Assembly: GCA_963514005.1 (NCBI GenBank)
Contig: OY740821.1
Span: 13,144,001 to 13,208,000, forward strand
From: Raja brachyura
Lineage: Eukaryota
DNA: 64,000 bases
Direction of reading: 5' to 3'
Under the pieces are notes generated by a model. It did no database searches. It worked only from the letters and a program-made list of their open reading frames with translations, and was not told where the DNA came from. Of the stretch, positions 1 through 13,095 are shown in pieces. Position 1 is the stretch's first letter; the number at the start of each line of letters is the position of its first letter. The translations under genes and the position numbers were made by a program.

Positions 1-1214
1 CAGCATCAGTGCCATTTGTGTCACCCACACAGCCTTAATCCCCACTCAATCACACATCCCCACTGTCCTCTCCTACCTGCCCCTCTTCGGAACTTTTATA
101 ACACAGTTGTTTTCTCACTTTTCCAGTTCTGATAAAGGGTCATCAATCTGAAATCTCAACTCTCTTTCTCACTCTACATCTGCAGCCTGACTGCTGAGCA
201 TTTCCAGAATTCTGTTTTTATGTTGGCTGAAACCCATGTCAATCAAGATAAAGACTGAAGAAAATTGGCCAACATGCACACATGTCCCAATAGTGGTTAC
301 TGAAAAACAGAAACAGGAGATAGCAGGCCCAGCCCACCTCCCCCTCCGACACCAAGCCATGCTAGTCCTTTGTCCAACCTCTACAGCCGTGTCCAGCAGT
401 GTAGTGGGTTTGGGATAGTTTTCTTAGATGGATGACAGCCAGTGGTTTCCAAAGCACCTCATCTGCTTTGAAACATTTATCATAGGGGTGGAGGAAAAGT
501 AGGAAATACTTCAATTAAAAGGCTGTCAGGGAGCCACTGAACCATTGCACAAATCTACCTGAAAAATCAGCAACTAGAATGAACCTGCCTCTTGGCACGA
601 AGCACCTCTTATTCCTATAAAGAAACAATCAAACTATGTGTTGGGCTATGAATAGTGTCTCCATACATACATGCAAAAGACCAAATACTGACAGCCGAGT
701 GCCTTGGCTTTTTTTGCAAATTCCCTGAAGAGAATTAGAGGCAATTAAATATTGGAGTAACTCCCAGAGCAGACAGGATGCAGCATGGAATCCTTTTGAT
801 CAACATGTTTCAGAAACCATTAAAACTTTTGAGCTGAATCTGAATATTGGAAGTGTGCAGGATTTACTCTGATTTCTATAAGGTGTTCAAAGCAAAATTG
901 TCATGCCAAATAGCTGCTCCGAGAGAAGGGATTTGTGTCAATTATGGGGCACGGGTGCAGAGGAAAGGTCAAAATTATGAAGGATCAAAACAGAGTGGAG
1001 AAAATAAAAAGTTGCCATTTGGCAGAAGGGTTGAGTATCAGTTGGATATCATTACTTGAAAGGGCAGTTGAAGCAGATTACCTTCCAAAATGAAACTGGG
1101 TAGATACTTAACCCGAGAGAACAGAATGTTACGAGGGAAAGAGTTGGAGAATGAGACTGACTTGCCGACATGCAGTGCAGAGTCATTGGGCAAAATAGCT
1201 TCTTCCTGCGCTAT

Positions 1215-1880
1215 CCCTCCTTAACTCCCTGGTCAATTCGTCCCTTCCTACCCAAACCACCCCCGCCCCTGGTACTTTCCCCTGCAACCGTAGAAAATGC
1301 TACACCTGTCGCTTTACCTCCCCCCTCGACTCCATCCAAGGACCCAATCAGTCTTTCCAGGTGAGGCAGCACCTCCTCCAACCTCATCTACTGCATCCGT
1401 TGTTCCTGGTGTCAACTTCTCTACATCGGCGAGGCCAAGCGCAGGCTCGGCGATCGCTTCGCCCAACACCTCCGCTCAGTTCGTACAAACCAACCTGATC
1501 TCCCGATTGCTCAGCACTTAAATTCCCCGTCCCATTCCCAATCTGACTTTCCTGTCCTGGGCATCCTCCATTGCCAGAGTGAGGCCCAGTGCTAATTGGA
1601 GGAACAGCACCTCATATTTCGCTTGGGTAGTTTACACCCAGCGGTATGAACATTGACTTCTCTAATTTTAGATAATCCTTGCTTTCTCCCTCCTTCCCCT
1701 CCCCTTTCCCAGCTCTCCCAAAAAGCCTACTGTCTCCGCCTCTTCCTTTATTTTTCCTGCCCCCCCTCCCCCCCGGGGACATAAGTCATAAGTCTGAAGA
1801 AGGGTCTCGACCCGAAACGTCGCCTATTCCTTCTCCCCATAGATGCTGCCTCACCCGCTGAGTTTCTCCAGCACTTTTTG
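1215..1880 (+). mobile_element. Penelope-like retroelement, 5'-truncated (GIY-YIG endonuclease remnant plus pseudo-LTR)
   Basis: Translates as GTFPCNRRKCYTC...TSSNLIYCIRCSWCQLLYIGEAKRRLGDRFAQHLRSVR...LEEQHLIFRLG (PLE linker plus GIY-YIG, with stops and frameshifts). Followed by the hammerhead-bearing terminal repeat. Degenerate TSD tcttcctgcgctat (1201-1214) / tcttcctgtgcaat (1881-1894). Confidence 0.85.
1794..1821 (+). ncRNA. Minimal type I hammerhead ribozyme motif in PLE pseudo-LTR
   Basis: CTGAAGA-A-GGGTC-TC-GACCC-GAAAC-GTC: CUGANGA box, stem II, GAAA box, palindromic ACGT in place of stem III, GUC triplet. Stem I is only ~2 bp. Confidence 0.7.
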
Positions 1881-2149
1881 TCTTCCTGTGCAATGTATTT
1901 TGAGGTAGGAGGAACGAGTATGTGCTGAGTGGCAACAAAATTATTTGCTTTGGACTGTGAGCCCAGAACTAGAGGCATAAAATGAAGCCTATCTCGACTA
2001 ATACCTGGAATTGTATCAGCGATTGTTGGAAGTTCAATGTCCAGATAATACACATGAGGAAGGATTGATAAAAATTAAGTGCAATTGTTTTCTTTATTCA
2101 GACACAGGATGTAGGCGTAGCTAGGCCAGCATTTATTGCCCATCCTTAA

Positions 2150-2660
2150 TTGCCCAGAGAGCTTTGGAAGCTGAGTCATTAAGTATATTCAAGGCCAAGT
2201 TTAATACATTTATGACCCACTGAGGAGTCAAAGGTTATGGGGAACAAACATGCATAAAGCCAAGGCCAGGATCAAATCAGCCATGAAAATATTGAATGGT
2301 AGAGCAGGCTTAAAGTTGAATGATCTAGGTTTCTTTCCCTAAATAAAATACAAAATTAGGAAAGGGATACGCAGAGTAGATAGTAATTTTTTTTCCTATC
2401 GTGCAGGTAACCTAGACAAGAGAGTATAGATTTGTGGGAGATGTAGAAGGTGCGAGGAGAATTGAGAGGGAACTGTTTCACACGGTGGGCAGTTGGAATC
2501 TGCAACACACTGCCTGAAGAGATGGTGTAGGCAGAAACTCTCTCAATATCTAGACAAGTAGTTAAATTGCCTTGGCATAGAGGGATCCAGATCTAATGTG
2601 GGTAAGTGGGATCAATGTATGTGAGTCTTGGGCAGCATGGACATGGTGCTGTATGGCTCC
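2150..2660 (+). mobile_element. CR1-type LINE 3' fragments (degenerate)
   Basis: Typical CR1 3' motifs (tttcacac...ggaatctgcaacacactgcctgaaga; gatcaaatcagccatga...gaatggtagagcaggct). Boundaries approximate. Confidence 0.55.
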
Positions 2661-3439
2661 GACTAAAAATCACATTAATTAACCAATGACATTTTTAATA
2701 ACAGTTCAATAGTTCTGTGGTCACCTTTACTGATACTAACTTTGTAATTCCAGATTTTTAATTCTGGATTTCAGTGGCTCAGCTGGTGTGGTGTGTTTCA
2801 AACTTCTCTGTCTGCAAGTTTAATCCAGGCCTCTGGCCACCTGTTCCAGGCCACTACATCATTGTTCCACTATTACAAAAGTTGTTATTTCTGCTTAACC
2901 GCTAAGAGATGCAATAAAGTTGAGCTAATTGGAGAGTAAAATTCTGCCAGTGAGGAATCTATCTTCCTGCAATGTACTAGGGAACACATTTCAAAGAAAA
3001 GCCCTGTGAAGCAGTGCAGAATGTGCCAAAATTGTGAAGGCGCTGTTTACCAACATCCAAATTCCTCTTTCAGCCCAAGCACTTGGTCAGTTATGTGAAA
3101 ATTACTTTCTCTGGGAAGGTCCACTAAGCAAGCAAATTCAGGCCTGCACCTTCACTTCCTGCTAAGCAGCAAGAGTGTGGCACCGACAGTCCCTGTGGAT
3201 GAGTCACACTGTTCCACCTACACACTCACGCCAATGTCTGGCAGAACGGGAAGTGATTTTTGAATATTGATATTCAATGGTAAAGATCACCAGCCTTCTG
3301 TACTTCTTATGCATTAAGCTAAAGTCTCTGGAGACTAAATTATAAATAAAAAGTGTATTTCCAATTTTCATCCCTTCTTATGCTGAAAATAGTGATTCTG
3401 TGGAGTTACATTTCTTCTGGACAAACTAACAATCTGGGG

Positions 3440-3920
3440 ATTGCTCCCTTTCAAGTTCAAATGGTGTGCCACTTGGAGGGAAACCTGCAGGTGGGGATGT
3501 ATCCATGTGTCTGAACCCCTTGCTCATTTTAGTAGATATAGGTCTGGGAGGTGTTATCCAAGTGGCCTCGGTGAGGAAGTACAGGCCATCTTATAAATGG
3601 TACACATTGCCGCCATGACGTGCCAATGGTGGAGAGAATAAACGTTTAGGGCAGTGGATGAGGTGCCAGTCAAATTTCAGGTCCTGTTGGAGCTGTGCTC
3701 ATCTATGGAAAGTATATCATCACACTCTTTACTTGTGCTTTTTAGGCGGTAGAAAGGCTTTGGGGTGTCAGAAAGAGAGTCACTTACTGCAGGATACCTC
3801 GCGTTTTGTAGCCACAGTATTCATGTGGTCCGTCAGTTGAGTTTCTGGTCAGTACGGACCCTGGGATGTTGATGATAGGGAACTTGACGACGATAAAGCA
3901 AATGAATGTCAGGGGGAACT
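3440..3920 (-). mobile_element. L2/CR1-group LINE 3' fragment (degenerate)
   Basis: Reverse-complement similarity to the + strand copy at 60700-61090 (atcttataaatggtacacattgccgcc...ggtggagagaataaacgttt). Confidence 0.5.
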
Positions 3921-4844
3921 AGTCCAAAGCTCGAGCTGTTTTTGTAAGCCCTCTTTGGTCAGCTGCACGGAAGCTAGTTATGCAGCCTCAGCCCCACCCC
4001 CACCCAATGCTCGCCAAGATTGGTTCACTCACCACAGACCAACAATCAAACCTCATGAATGAGTAAGGTACCCAAGACGTTCACCCTAATATTTCTAACT
4101 GCCAATAATCTCAAAAAAATAGCTCTCCCTCACTTCCACCTGCCACCCCCTCGTCCTTATTTACAGCTGCAAACGGTACCATTTTCTGGGTTACTGAGAT
4201 TAGAGTGGTAAATTGAACAAATGCCTACAAATCACATCTGCCCAGGGCATGTGAAGAATTAGGCCCCACAATCTGATATTCTTGATCAGAATAGCACCAT
4301 GAGGTGCCAGTAAACGTGGAAACGGTGAGAACGATGCTGCACATTATAAAGGAGGCATACAGTATCACCATCCAAGTTTCGGTAGCATACAGATTACAGT
4401 GGCTTCCTTGTTCCAAGTTTCTACTGAGCACAGCCTTCAGGAATGGTGGACACAGCCCGTGGCCTTCTGTAGTGGATGAGGCCTGTACTTGGCAGCTTGG
4501 CTGTTCAGCTGGGGGTGGGGAAAGGAACCAATGTTTACAAGGTCTGGTTCGGCAAGTCTTGAATATTTCCTTTGTTTCCATGGTGTTTGCAGGTCCTTCT
4601 GGCAGCTTTTCCAACTTATTTACAGTAATATCTGATGTCATTGGCACAAACTCTTAGACTGGAGAAATGACTCCCATGACTGCAGAAACTGGCTGTGCCA
4701 ACACAAACCCTTTTTTTTCCCTCTGTGCTCTGCAAACAACAGTCAGGCCACACTGTGCAAAATGACAGCAACTTTGTGCGTTTGAGACTAACAAGGGTCA
4801 AAACTCAGACCTGGGGCCTGCATGTGTAACAGCCAGCTGAGCTC

Positions 4845-5350
4845 TTGCATTTATATAGCACCTTTCACATCAAGAACATTCCATAATGTTTTACAGCCAA
4901 TGAGCACTACTGAGCTGAAGTCACTGGTGTAATATTGGAAACCTGGCAGCCAAAATTGCACACAGCAAGATCCCACACACTGCATTCTGATACTGACTGG
5001 ACAATGGTTTTCTTGTGATGTTGATTAAAACATAAATATTGGCTGCCAGACCTGGCAAAATTCCTCTGCTCGTCCCTGAAATAGTTTCCTGAAGGACAGA
5101 CAGGGATCCAATACCTACTGCACTGCAGAATTCCCTCCGTACTGCCCCTCCCACAGCACGGTGCTCCCTCAGTAACGCACCCCTCACAGTGCGTCATTCC
5201 CTCAGTATTGCCCCTCTAACGGTGTGACGCTCCCTCAGCTCCCACCTCCTATAGGGAGGAACTCCCTCGGCACAGCATAGAAATATTTTGATTTCGGTGG
5301 AGTGGGATTTGAATTCACAATCTTCTGATTCAGAGACCATTCAGCACAGT
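4845..5350 (-). mobile_element. tRNA-derived Deu-domain SINE (SacSINE/AmnSINE-like)
   Basis: Antisense match to copies at 14980 and 56590: tRNA-like head, internal actgagggag repeats, 3' tail ...gctatataaatgcaag. Confidence 0.6.
5131..5275. repeat. Degenerate ~33-bp tandem repeat inside SINE
   Basis: ytccctc(a/c/g) units start at 5131, 5164, 5197, 5230 and 5262. Confidence 0.7.
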
Positions 5351-5579
5351 TCATCGTCATGAATATACTTGATGTGTGGATATATGTTATCAACAGTTGG
5401 AGAAGAAGAGTCAATACCAATGCAGAGCCTCGCTGGACAATCTCCAGACATACAAATTTAACAGTACGAGTTATTGGAATAACAAATACATTTCTAGCCT
5501 CTGTTATGGGAGTTGATTCTATTAAAATGGTTCAAATCCAAGAGGGGATGGGAAGCTGTTGCTCCGGCTGGAAAGCTTA

Positions 5580-5825
5580 AAGCTCAGGTATTGAGAAAAA
5601 GGAGGCATCCATTTAGGACAAAGATAAGAAATATCTTCTCTGAGCAGCATGTGAATCTCTTCCCCCCCCCTCCCCTGTTGTTGCTGCGTGCTTGCACTGG
5701 GAATCAAGGGCTAATGGGTTTGGTTGGGGAATTGGACATGGCAAAGGATCAGCTGCTACAGTATCTGTGTAAATGAGGGAGCAGGCTTGAATAGCCAAAT
5801 GACCTCTTCATGCTCTGGTTTCCTA
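5580..5825 (+). mobile_element. CR1-type LINE 3' fragment
   Basis: ccatttaggacaaagataagaaatatcttctc...gatcagc...gagcaggcttgaatagccaaatgacc, a CR1 3' end pattern. Confidence 0.5.
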
Positions 5826-7084
5826 AGGTCGTAAAGCATTGAGGCTGACATTAAGATCAACATTGCTGAGATCACCCAGCACAATAACAAGCCAGTGAAT
5901 CTCAGACTTTCCTGGTCCAGGTGACTCAGCATTAATAATTTCAGTGCCTTCACTCCAGGAAGTTTCCAAGCTTGTTTCCAAGTCCAGATGCAAGTATGAG
6001 GTAGCTGGATTAGAAAGCACAAGGTGAAGGATTCACACCACAACTGTCACTATTCTTCAGTGGCCATCTGACTCTCTCGTGCCAAACTGCAGTCTGCGGT
6101 GCAGGATCTCTCTTCCGCTATTCTAGCCTCACCTCTCTTTCACTGGTGACTGTGCTCCAGATCCTAAACCATTGTCATGTTGGTGGAAACCCAACATAAC
6201 ATAGGTTCAGGGCAGTCTGAAGCCATGTTATAATAGCAAGAGCCAAAACTGTCCCCAGGTCAGCAGTAACTCAGGTACCCTATCTCAGTCCATCACCAAA
6301 CTGCACATGCTGGCACAAGCTTGCATACACACAGATGCACACACACTTCTGCTCACACTTTCAGTCGGCATTAAAATGCTAAGTTTCCATTGTGGATTTC
6401 TTTACGGAAAAGCAAACCTGTATTTTTTTGTTTTCTTTTCCACTGGCAAACACCCTTTGAAAAGGTTTTTATAAAGGTTTAACTGTAAGTAGCATTGGAA
6501 TGTATGTTGATGTAACCCTAACAACAAGGTAGATTGTTTTCCCAAGCCACTGTCACGAGTTGTTTATCCAGTTTCAAACCACACTGGTTGGCGAGTCAAT
6601 AAATAGTTCATCAGTGGCTAATGGTGCAAATAAACTGCCGTGGAGAAAAAAATGCAGCAACTGTAAGGGTCAGAACACCAGGTGGTGCAGAGCAACTCTT
6701 CACAGTCAAGTTCTATTGCCTGTAAGCAGTCAAACAGCTCAGAGTACACAGGTTCGATCCTGACATCCACTGCTGCCTGTGTGACCACATGGATTTCCTC
6801 TGGTGCTTTACCCCCAAATCCTCATGACATTCAAGCTAAATGGCCACTGTAAATTGCCCCTAGTATGTAGAATATGGGGGGAATTAATGGAAATATGGGG
6901 AAGATTTTTCTTTAATGGGATTTGGGGGAAGCAGCTACTCGCCATTTGGCACAGACGAGTCTTTTGACACCTCTTACCATCCCTTCCCTCTCTGATGTTT
7001 CTTTCTCTCAACTCTTTCAACTCTCTCAACGTCCTTCACACACACAGTGAAGAGTATGGCACTGCAGGATAAACAAATCAACAA

Positions 7085-7560
7085 TCACTGCCCTCTTCTA
7101 AGGCAACATCCTCAGCAATGAGGTCCTAGTTACCCTCAGTCAACTGCATTGGGCTGGCCATTTCATTTGCATGCCCAATACCAAACTCCAGACACTGAAA
7201 CTCTCTTCCAAGCTCTGTTGTGGGAGGCGATTTTCAGGTGGACAGAAGAAAAGAATCATGGTCATGCTTGAAGAAATGCAACATCCTCACTGACTCCTCT
7301 GGCCACAACCACACAAAGTGGAGAAGGAACATTCAGGATGGTATTGAGAACCTTAATACCATGGATCAGAAGCACAGAGAAGTCCTGTCTAAGCGGTGAA
7401 AGGAGTGCACTACCTCAGAAACCACCCACCCACCCCAGCAGCCATCTCCCGCCCCCTCTTTGGAAATCTGCGATTCCCACATTGACCTCATCAGCTACCT
7501 CAGAACCCACAGAATTGAAGCAAGTCATTCTCAATCCTGAGGGACGTCCCACGAAAAAGC
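7085..7560 (+). mobile_element. RTE-clade LINE 3' fragment (degenerate)
   Basis: Remnants of QLHWAGH..MP, GGQKK and LKKCNI, and a terminal H.DLIS.LRTH zinc-finger remnant. Homologous to 49325-49880. Confidence 0.6.
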
Positions 7561-7775
7561 TAACAAAAGTGGCTTCTTTCAAATGGCCTGAATGGTCTGT
7601 TTTTACGCTGTACAATTATGACACCATCACCGCCATCCCTCCGTATTGTACCTTCCACATCACACACACTCTAGTTCAAGGGAGAATCAGAAAATTTTGC
7701 TAACTCACCAAACGTTCATCAATAATGTTGGTTTTTAGGAGCATCTTAAAAGAGGAGAAATACATTGTTTATATC

Positions 7776-8082
7776 GGTGGCACAGTGGTGCAGTGGTATA
7801 GTTGCTGCCTTACAGCGCCAGAGACCCTGGTTCGATCCCAACTACAGGTGCCGTCCGTACAGAGTTTGTACATTTTCCTTGTGACCACATGGGTTTTCTC
7901 CAGGTGCTCCGGTTTCCTCCCACACTCCAAAAGACATGCAGGGTTGTAGCTTAATTGGCTTTGGTAAAATTGTAAACTGTCCCTAGTGCCTAGGATCGTG
8001 CTAATGTTTGGGGTGATCGCTGGCTGGCGCAGACTTGGTGGGCCGAACGGCCTGTTTTCACACTCTATCTTTAAAGTCTAAA
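7776..8082 (+). mobile_element. V-SINE (HE1-like), near full length
   Basis: tRNA-like head (A box tggtgcagtgg, B box ggttcgatcc), V-domain gggttttctccaggtgctccggtttcctcccac, CR1-like tail gggccgaacggcctgttt. Confidence 0.85.
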
Positions 8083-8684
8083 TACAGAGGTGGGTATGTT
8101 TATGGAGGGAGTTCCAGAGGTTGGCACAGCTGCCAGTGGTGGAGTGTTTAAATTTAGTGATTATCCAGTGGCCAAAATTGGAGGAAAGCAGAGATCTGAG
8201 GATTGTGAGGCTGGCAGGGTTTACAGGCTGAAGGAAGGTTGAGGCTATGGAGGGATTTGAAAAGGATGAACATCTTAATCTCAAAGCCACACTTAACTGG
8301 GAACCAGAATGTCCCATTGTGCAGAGGTGGTGATGGGCGAGGAGGAGGCTGTGACATGGGCAGGTTTGTCAAGACTGGCTGGCCAGGAGTGTGTGCATAA
8401 AACACAAAGCCACAAACCTCCTCCACACAAGGACCAGCCCTAGAATCAGCAGTTTTCCTGCCTTCGCCCTATTGAAACAGTCAGATGAGAGCCCTGTACC
8501 TCCGTTCTGACAGAATGCAGAAGCAAACTACCTGCCAAATGGCTTTGGACTTGATTGTGACAGGGGGGTGGACTTGAAAATCATTGCAGCATAAAGCATG
8601 TTTAATGATTAATTCTGCAATTTAGTGAATTCCTCACTGCACTAAAGAAAAATAACTCGAGGTTGTGATGCATGCTAAACTGCA

Positions 8685-8946
8685 CAGAATCACACAGCAT
8701 AGAAATAGGCTCTTGGCCCCACTGAGACTGTGCCAACCATCAAACATCCATTTACACGAATCCCTTTTTATTCTCCCTACATTCCTATCGACCCTCCCCA
8801 GATTCTACCACTCACCTACTGTACACACTGGGTCAATTTACAACAGCCAATTAACCTAGCAGCCCACGTATTTGGGATGTGGGAGGAAACTGGAACACTC
8901 GGGGGGGAAACTCGCAGTCAAAGGGAGAATTTGAAAACTCCACACA
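8685..8946 (-). mobile_element. V-SINE (degenerate)
   Basis: Antisense V-domain gggatgtgggaggaaactggaacactcggggg and antisense tail cagcatagaaataggc. Confidence 0.7.
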
Positions 8947-9014
8947 TACAAAAAATCTATCTCCACCATCTCAAAGAACACTTGATGGCCGAGGTTCATC
9001 AAATGACAAAGACA

Positions 9015-9240
9015 GTTGACACAAAATGCTGGAGTAACTCAGCGGGACAGGCAGAAAGTTAGTTGTTTCTCTAAATACTGCGGAATACTGCAGAGGGAGT
9101 CAAAACCAATTGGAGTTTCAGTTGAAACAGTGCCCGGCTCTCAGTCTGAAGATGTTTCTTGACCCGAAACATCACCTATTCCTTCTCTCCAGAGATGCTG
9201 CCTGACCCGCTGAGTTACTCCAGCATTTTTTGTCTGTCTT
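9015..9240. mobile_element. PLE pseudo-LTR-derived fold-back element
   Basis: Arms tgctggagtaactcagcggg / cccgctgagttactccagca with a degenerate hammerhead core at 9146-9173. Confidence 0.7.
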
Positions 9241-9469
9241 CAATAATTAGACCTTGCTGTGTAGATCTAACTCAGAAGGCATTTGATAATGTCAGTAATT
9301 CTTGACTTATTTTTTGTTCATAAATTCATAGATGTATATTCCCTTTCATTATGGAATAAACTTCCTATATTAACATGTCATACTGTAACTACATCTTCAT
9401 CACAATTTGTGAAAAATTACAACTCTTTCAGTAGCAGTAGGGTGGGGAGGAGTGGCTACAATCTCAGCT

Positions 9470-9990
9470 ATGATTCAGTGGTAATTGGCAGACAGGATTG
9501 TCCATTCAAATCTCACTGCAAAAATCTGGCTTTACAGTCCACAATAGTGCTCAGGAAGTGTTGCATTGTTGGGGATGCCGTCTTTCAGATGGCATCCTAT
9601 GCTACCTCAACTCCTTGCCTGTTCTCTCAAGTGGATGCAAAATATTCTGTGGTGCTGCTTCTAAGAAGAGCAAGAGAGTTCTCCCCAGTGTCCTGTTCAA
9701 CAACTATCCTCAAGTTAAAAACAAACTGCTGGAGCAAGTCAGCATGTCAAGCGGCATAGTGGAATTGATATGCGATGTTTCAGGTCAGGACCATTTCTTA
9801 GTATGAAGAAGGGTCCCGACCCGAGTCGTTGCTGATCCATTCCCTCCACAGATGCTGCCTGACCCACTGAGTGCCTCCAGCTCTTTGTGATTTGCTTAAG
9901 ACTCTTACATGTGCAGCACCTTTTGTTTCTACAGTCTTTAAGTTAACATCATTGGAACAGATTATCTTTTCATTTGTGGGAGATCTCTAC
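9470..9990 (+). mobile_element. Deu-domain SINE interrupted by a PLE-derived repeat (~9720-9932)
   Basis: gtgctcaggaagtgttgcattgttggggatgccgtctttcagatg...gaagagcaagagagttctccccagtgtcctg resembles the Deu core; the insert is homologous to the pLTR family. Confidence 0.55.
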
Positions 9991-11364
9991 CTTTCATTGG
10001 GATAGCAGATAGGTGCACTGCTCTCCGATCTGAATGCCCTAAAATCATCAGTATGAGCAAGAGCAGCCAGTCAGTCAAATAGTACTACCAAACCTATTAT
10101 TTTTATCCTCGTTTTCCAAACCCTCTATAATCTCACCCCTTCCTGTTTTTGTACCCCCTTCTAGCTTTAAAACTCCCAAATCTTCTACTCTGGTGTCATG
10201 ACCTTCTCCAAAGCTAATTACTCCACCACTGGTGATCGTGCCTTCAGCCGGCTGGGCCCCAGTTCTGGAATTCCCTCCCTCAACCTTTCCACTTCTTTCA
10301 CCTCTTTAAAACATTCCAAACTGACCAAGCTTTTGTTCACTTATCGCAATATTCAGCATGAGATTCAATGTCGAATTATGTTTGATAATCAATTATACGC
10401 TGCAACCTGGGATGTGTTTTCTACAGGAGCTACAGAAATATGCTATGTTTGAAGCACCTAAGATCTTTCACCTAATAGTGTTACCGAGGCACGGCACTTC
10501 TATACCATATTGATACTGCAGGTACCAATCTGCATCTTATGTCTAAAGAAGGGTCTTGACCCAAAACATCACCCATTCCTTCTCTCCAGATATGTTGCCG
10601 GTCCTGCTGAGTTACTCCAGCACTTTGTATCTATTTATTGCAGGTGACACAGGTATGCCAGCATTCCAAGCATAGAACTATCACACCGTTTCCAGCTTCT
10701 ACTCTGCTGCTAGATAGCACTGATACGACAGAGTCCTCACCCAAGCGGAAAAAGATTCCCATGCCTTGTTTAGCATTAAAGTGCTCAAACAGAGTAAGTT
10801 GGCTTCACATCTGCTTCGGTAAGGGAAAAGCCTCCTATCCAAGCAACAGCACAATACAGTTGGCCTATTCTACCTACTGGAGCAGAGCAGGACCCACTTA
10901 TACACCTCAACCAAAGTACACATTCCTGCACTCCACAGGCAAACAAACCACAGTGAAAGACGGCAGCTCACTGGCACAGGCTTGACGTGCGAGGTCTCGC
11001 CCTAGGCACCCGGAAACATGGATAAATAACCACAGGGATTCCAAATTCTCTGTGCCGATGGGAAAGTGCATCTCCTTGCTCCTCCCCTCACGTAACTACT
11101 GACGGTTAAGAGACTCCAATACTTCTATGTGGCCATCCTCCAAGGGAGGGGATTGGATGGTGTGTGTTGGCAGGCACAGCAGCAAGCCTGGTATACCTCT
11201 AATGCCACACTGGCCACAATCCTGATCTGGCTACACTCGGACCAACCCACTTTTCCAATGCTGACAAGGAGATGCTTAAACTATGGTTTAACAATGGAGT
11301 CTAAGTGACACAGCACGTGGTTGAGGAGGTGGGGAATAGAGGAGCAAGTCACAAAGTCATGCAG

Positions 11365-11620
11365 AGACATAGCACGGAAACAGGCCTTTCAGCCCGCTGA
11401 ACCTGTGCTGACCATTCAAGCATCCATTTTTACACCAATGCTATCCAAACACATTTTAGTCTCCCCACATTCCCATCAATTATTCTCCACCCTTTGATTC
11501 TCTAACTCACCTACACACTGGAGTACTTTTCAGAGGTGAATTAACCAAACAACCATCCATCTTTGGGATGTGGGAGGAAAGTGAAACACTCGGATGAAAC
11601 AAGTGGTCACAGGAAAACTC
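11365..11620 (-). mobile_element. V-SINE (degenerate)
   Basis: agcacggaaacaggcctttcagccc tail and ctttgggatgtgggaggaaa V-domain, both antisense. Confidence 0.7.
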
Positions 11621-12884
11621 ATGTGGTCACAACAAGTGTCCATCACCAGTTTTGAGCTGTGTGGTTCATTGTCTTTCCCTTTCCGTCTCCACCCCACCTA
11701 CTTTGCAACATTTTCCCCCTTCATCAGAGGGTTCCAAGGGTTAAACGCCACAATCCATTGCAGCTGGATGGGGCCCGTTTTAATCCAAGTCTTTTGACTC
11801 TTTAGCTCTGCCTTTTCAGCAGTACTCGGCCTTCAAAAGGTCAGATTCCACAGGCCCCTCAAACTGCCATAGCTAATGGCAGTATAATCAGGGTCTTTAT
11901 TCAGAAACAATGGTCTTCACACAGGGAGAAACCAGAGGTAGCCCTTTGTGAATTGGCACATCGGACAAACCCGGCTTTGTCAGGCTTTGAGGGCGAATAC
12001 TTTATCAGCCTCCAACTTATCTACTCTGCTTCTGAGGAGAGGAGCCATAATCTCTGACCACTTGGCAAAGTTGGACAGAGTCACCCGCAGGCATTTTCTG
12101 GATTCAACAATTAAACAATTCACAGTGTAGTGTGCAAGCTACTTAACACACTTGTCCTGGCACACAGCAGCTGTTAACGCTATTCTGTGCATTCCCCTGG
12201 CTCCATGTTCAGATCTTAGCCACATCCATATCGATTGACTGGAAATGTTTAATTTTCCTGTTGCATAAATATTCCCCTAGTTCTGGTTCGTAGATGCATC
12301 AAATAAGCAACTGTGCAAGAGAAGAAGGTAAACATGGAATATTTGTTAGTTTCATCTCCTACTCCTCAACGTCTACGCTTTTCTCTAAGAATCCAGCCTG
12401 ACCATTGTGTTGATGTGATGATGGCTACATTCATTAACCAAGCTGAAACGGACCCTCTGTTCTGAGCCACATCATGACAACCAATTGTTCAGCAGTGAAC
12501 AGTATGCTGAAGTCTCCTGATCCAAAACATCAGTAAGTGGAACTGAAGCCCAAACAAGTAGGAGTGCGCAACAATCTGGGCAACAGCACCCACCCTCCCC
12601 ATCAGGCAACTCCTGTGTCACCTGCACAGTCTGTGAGTCCCACTTTCACCGGATCTGATACCTCTGAACCCTGGAATTGGGCAGTCCAAGAAGACAAAGA
12701 ACTAAGCTTGCATTCAGACGGTGCAGTACAGATCAATGAAGAGGTAAAAGGGCTCACATGCTGCCCACCTTCTATATCAAATATTTGCCCAAAATGTTAC
12801 TTACTAACCCGCACATTTCTGGGATGTTGGAGGAAACTGGGGCACCCAAGGGAAACCTACACAAGTCACAGAGAGAATGAAAAT

Positions 12885-13095
12885 CGACACTGGAGTAACT
12901 CAGCGGGTCAGGCGGCATCTCTGGAGAACATGGATAAGTGTCTATTCAGGTTGGGATTCGGGTTTGTTTCGGATTAGTTCCCAATCCGAAACACCACCTA
13001 TCCATGTTCTCCAGGAATGCTGCCTAACCCACTGAGTTGCTCCTGCACTTTGTGTCTTTTTCTTTGTAAACCAGCATCTGCAGTTACTTGTTTGT
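12885..13095. mobile_element. PLE pseudo-LTR-derived fold-back element inserted in a V-SINE remnant
   Basis: ctggagtaactcagcgggtcaggcggcatctctggagaacatggata ... tatccatgttctccagg inverted arms; V-SINE pieces on both sides. Confidence 0.65.

Noticed and set aside
4616-4801. Minus ORF containing VCVGT, resembling the start of ErbB exon 2
   Set aside because: No pyrimidine tract before it (purine run) and no CEVVMGNLEI continuation.
7776-7850. tRNA gene (A/B boxes)
   Set aside because: It is the tRNA-derived head of a V-SINE, followed by the V-domain and LINE tail; the same applies at ~28850, 29510, 39713 and 41120.
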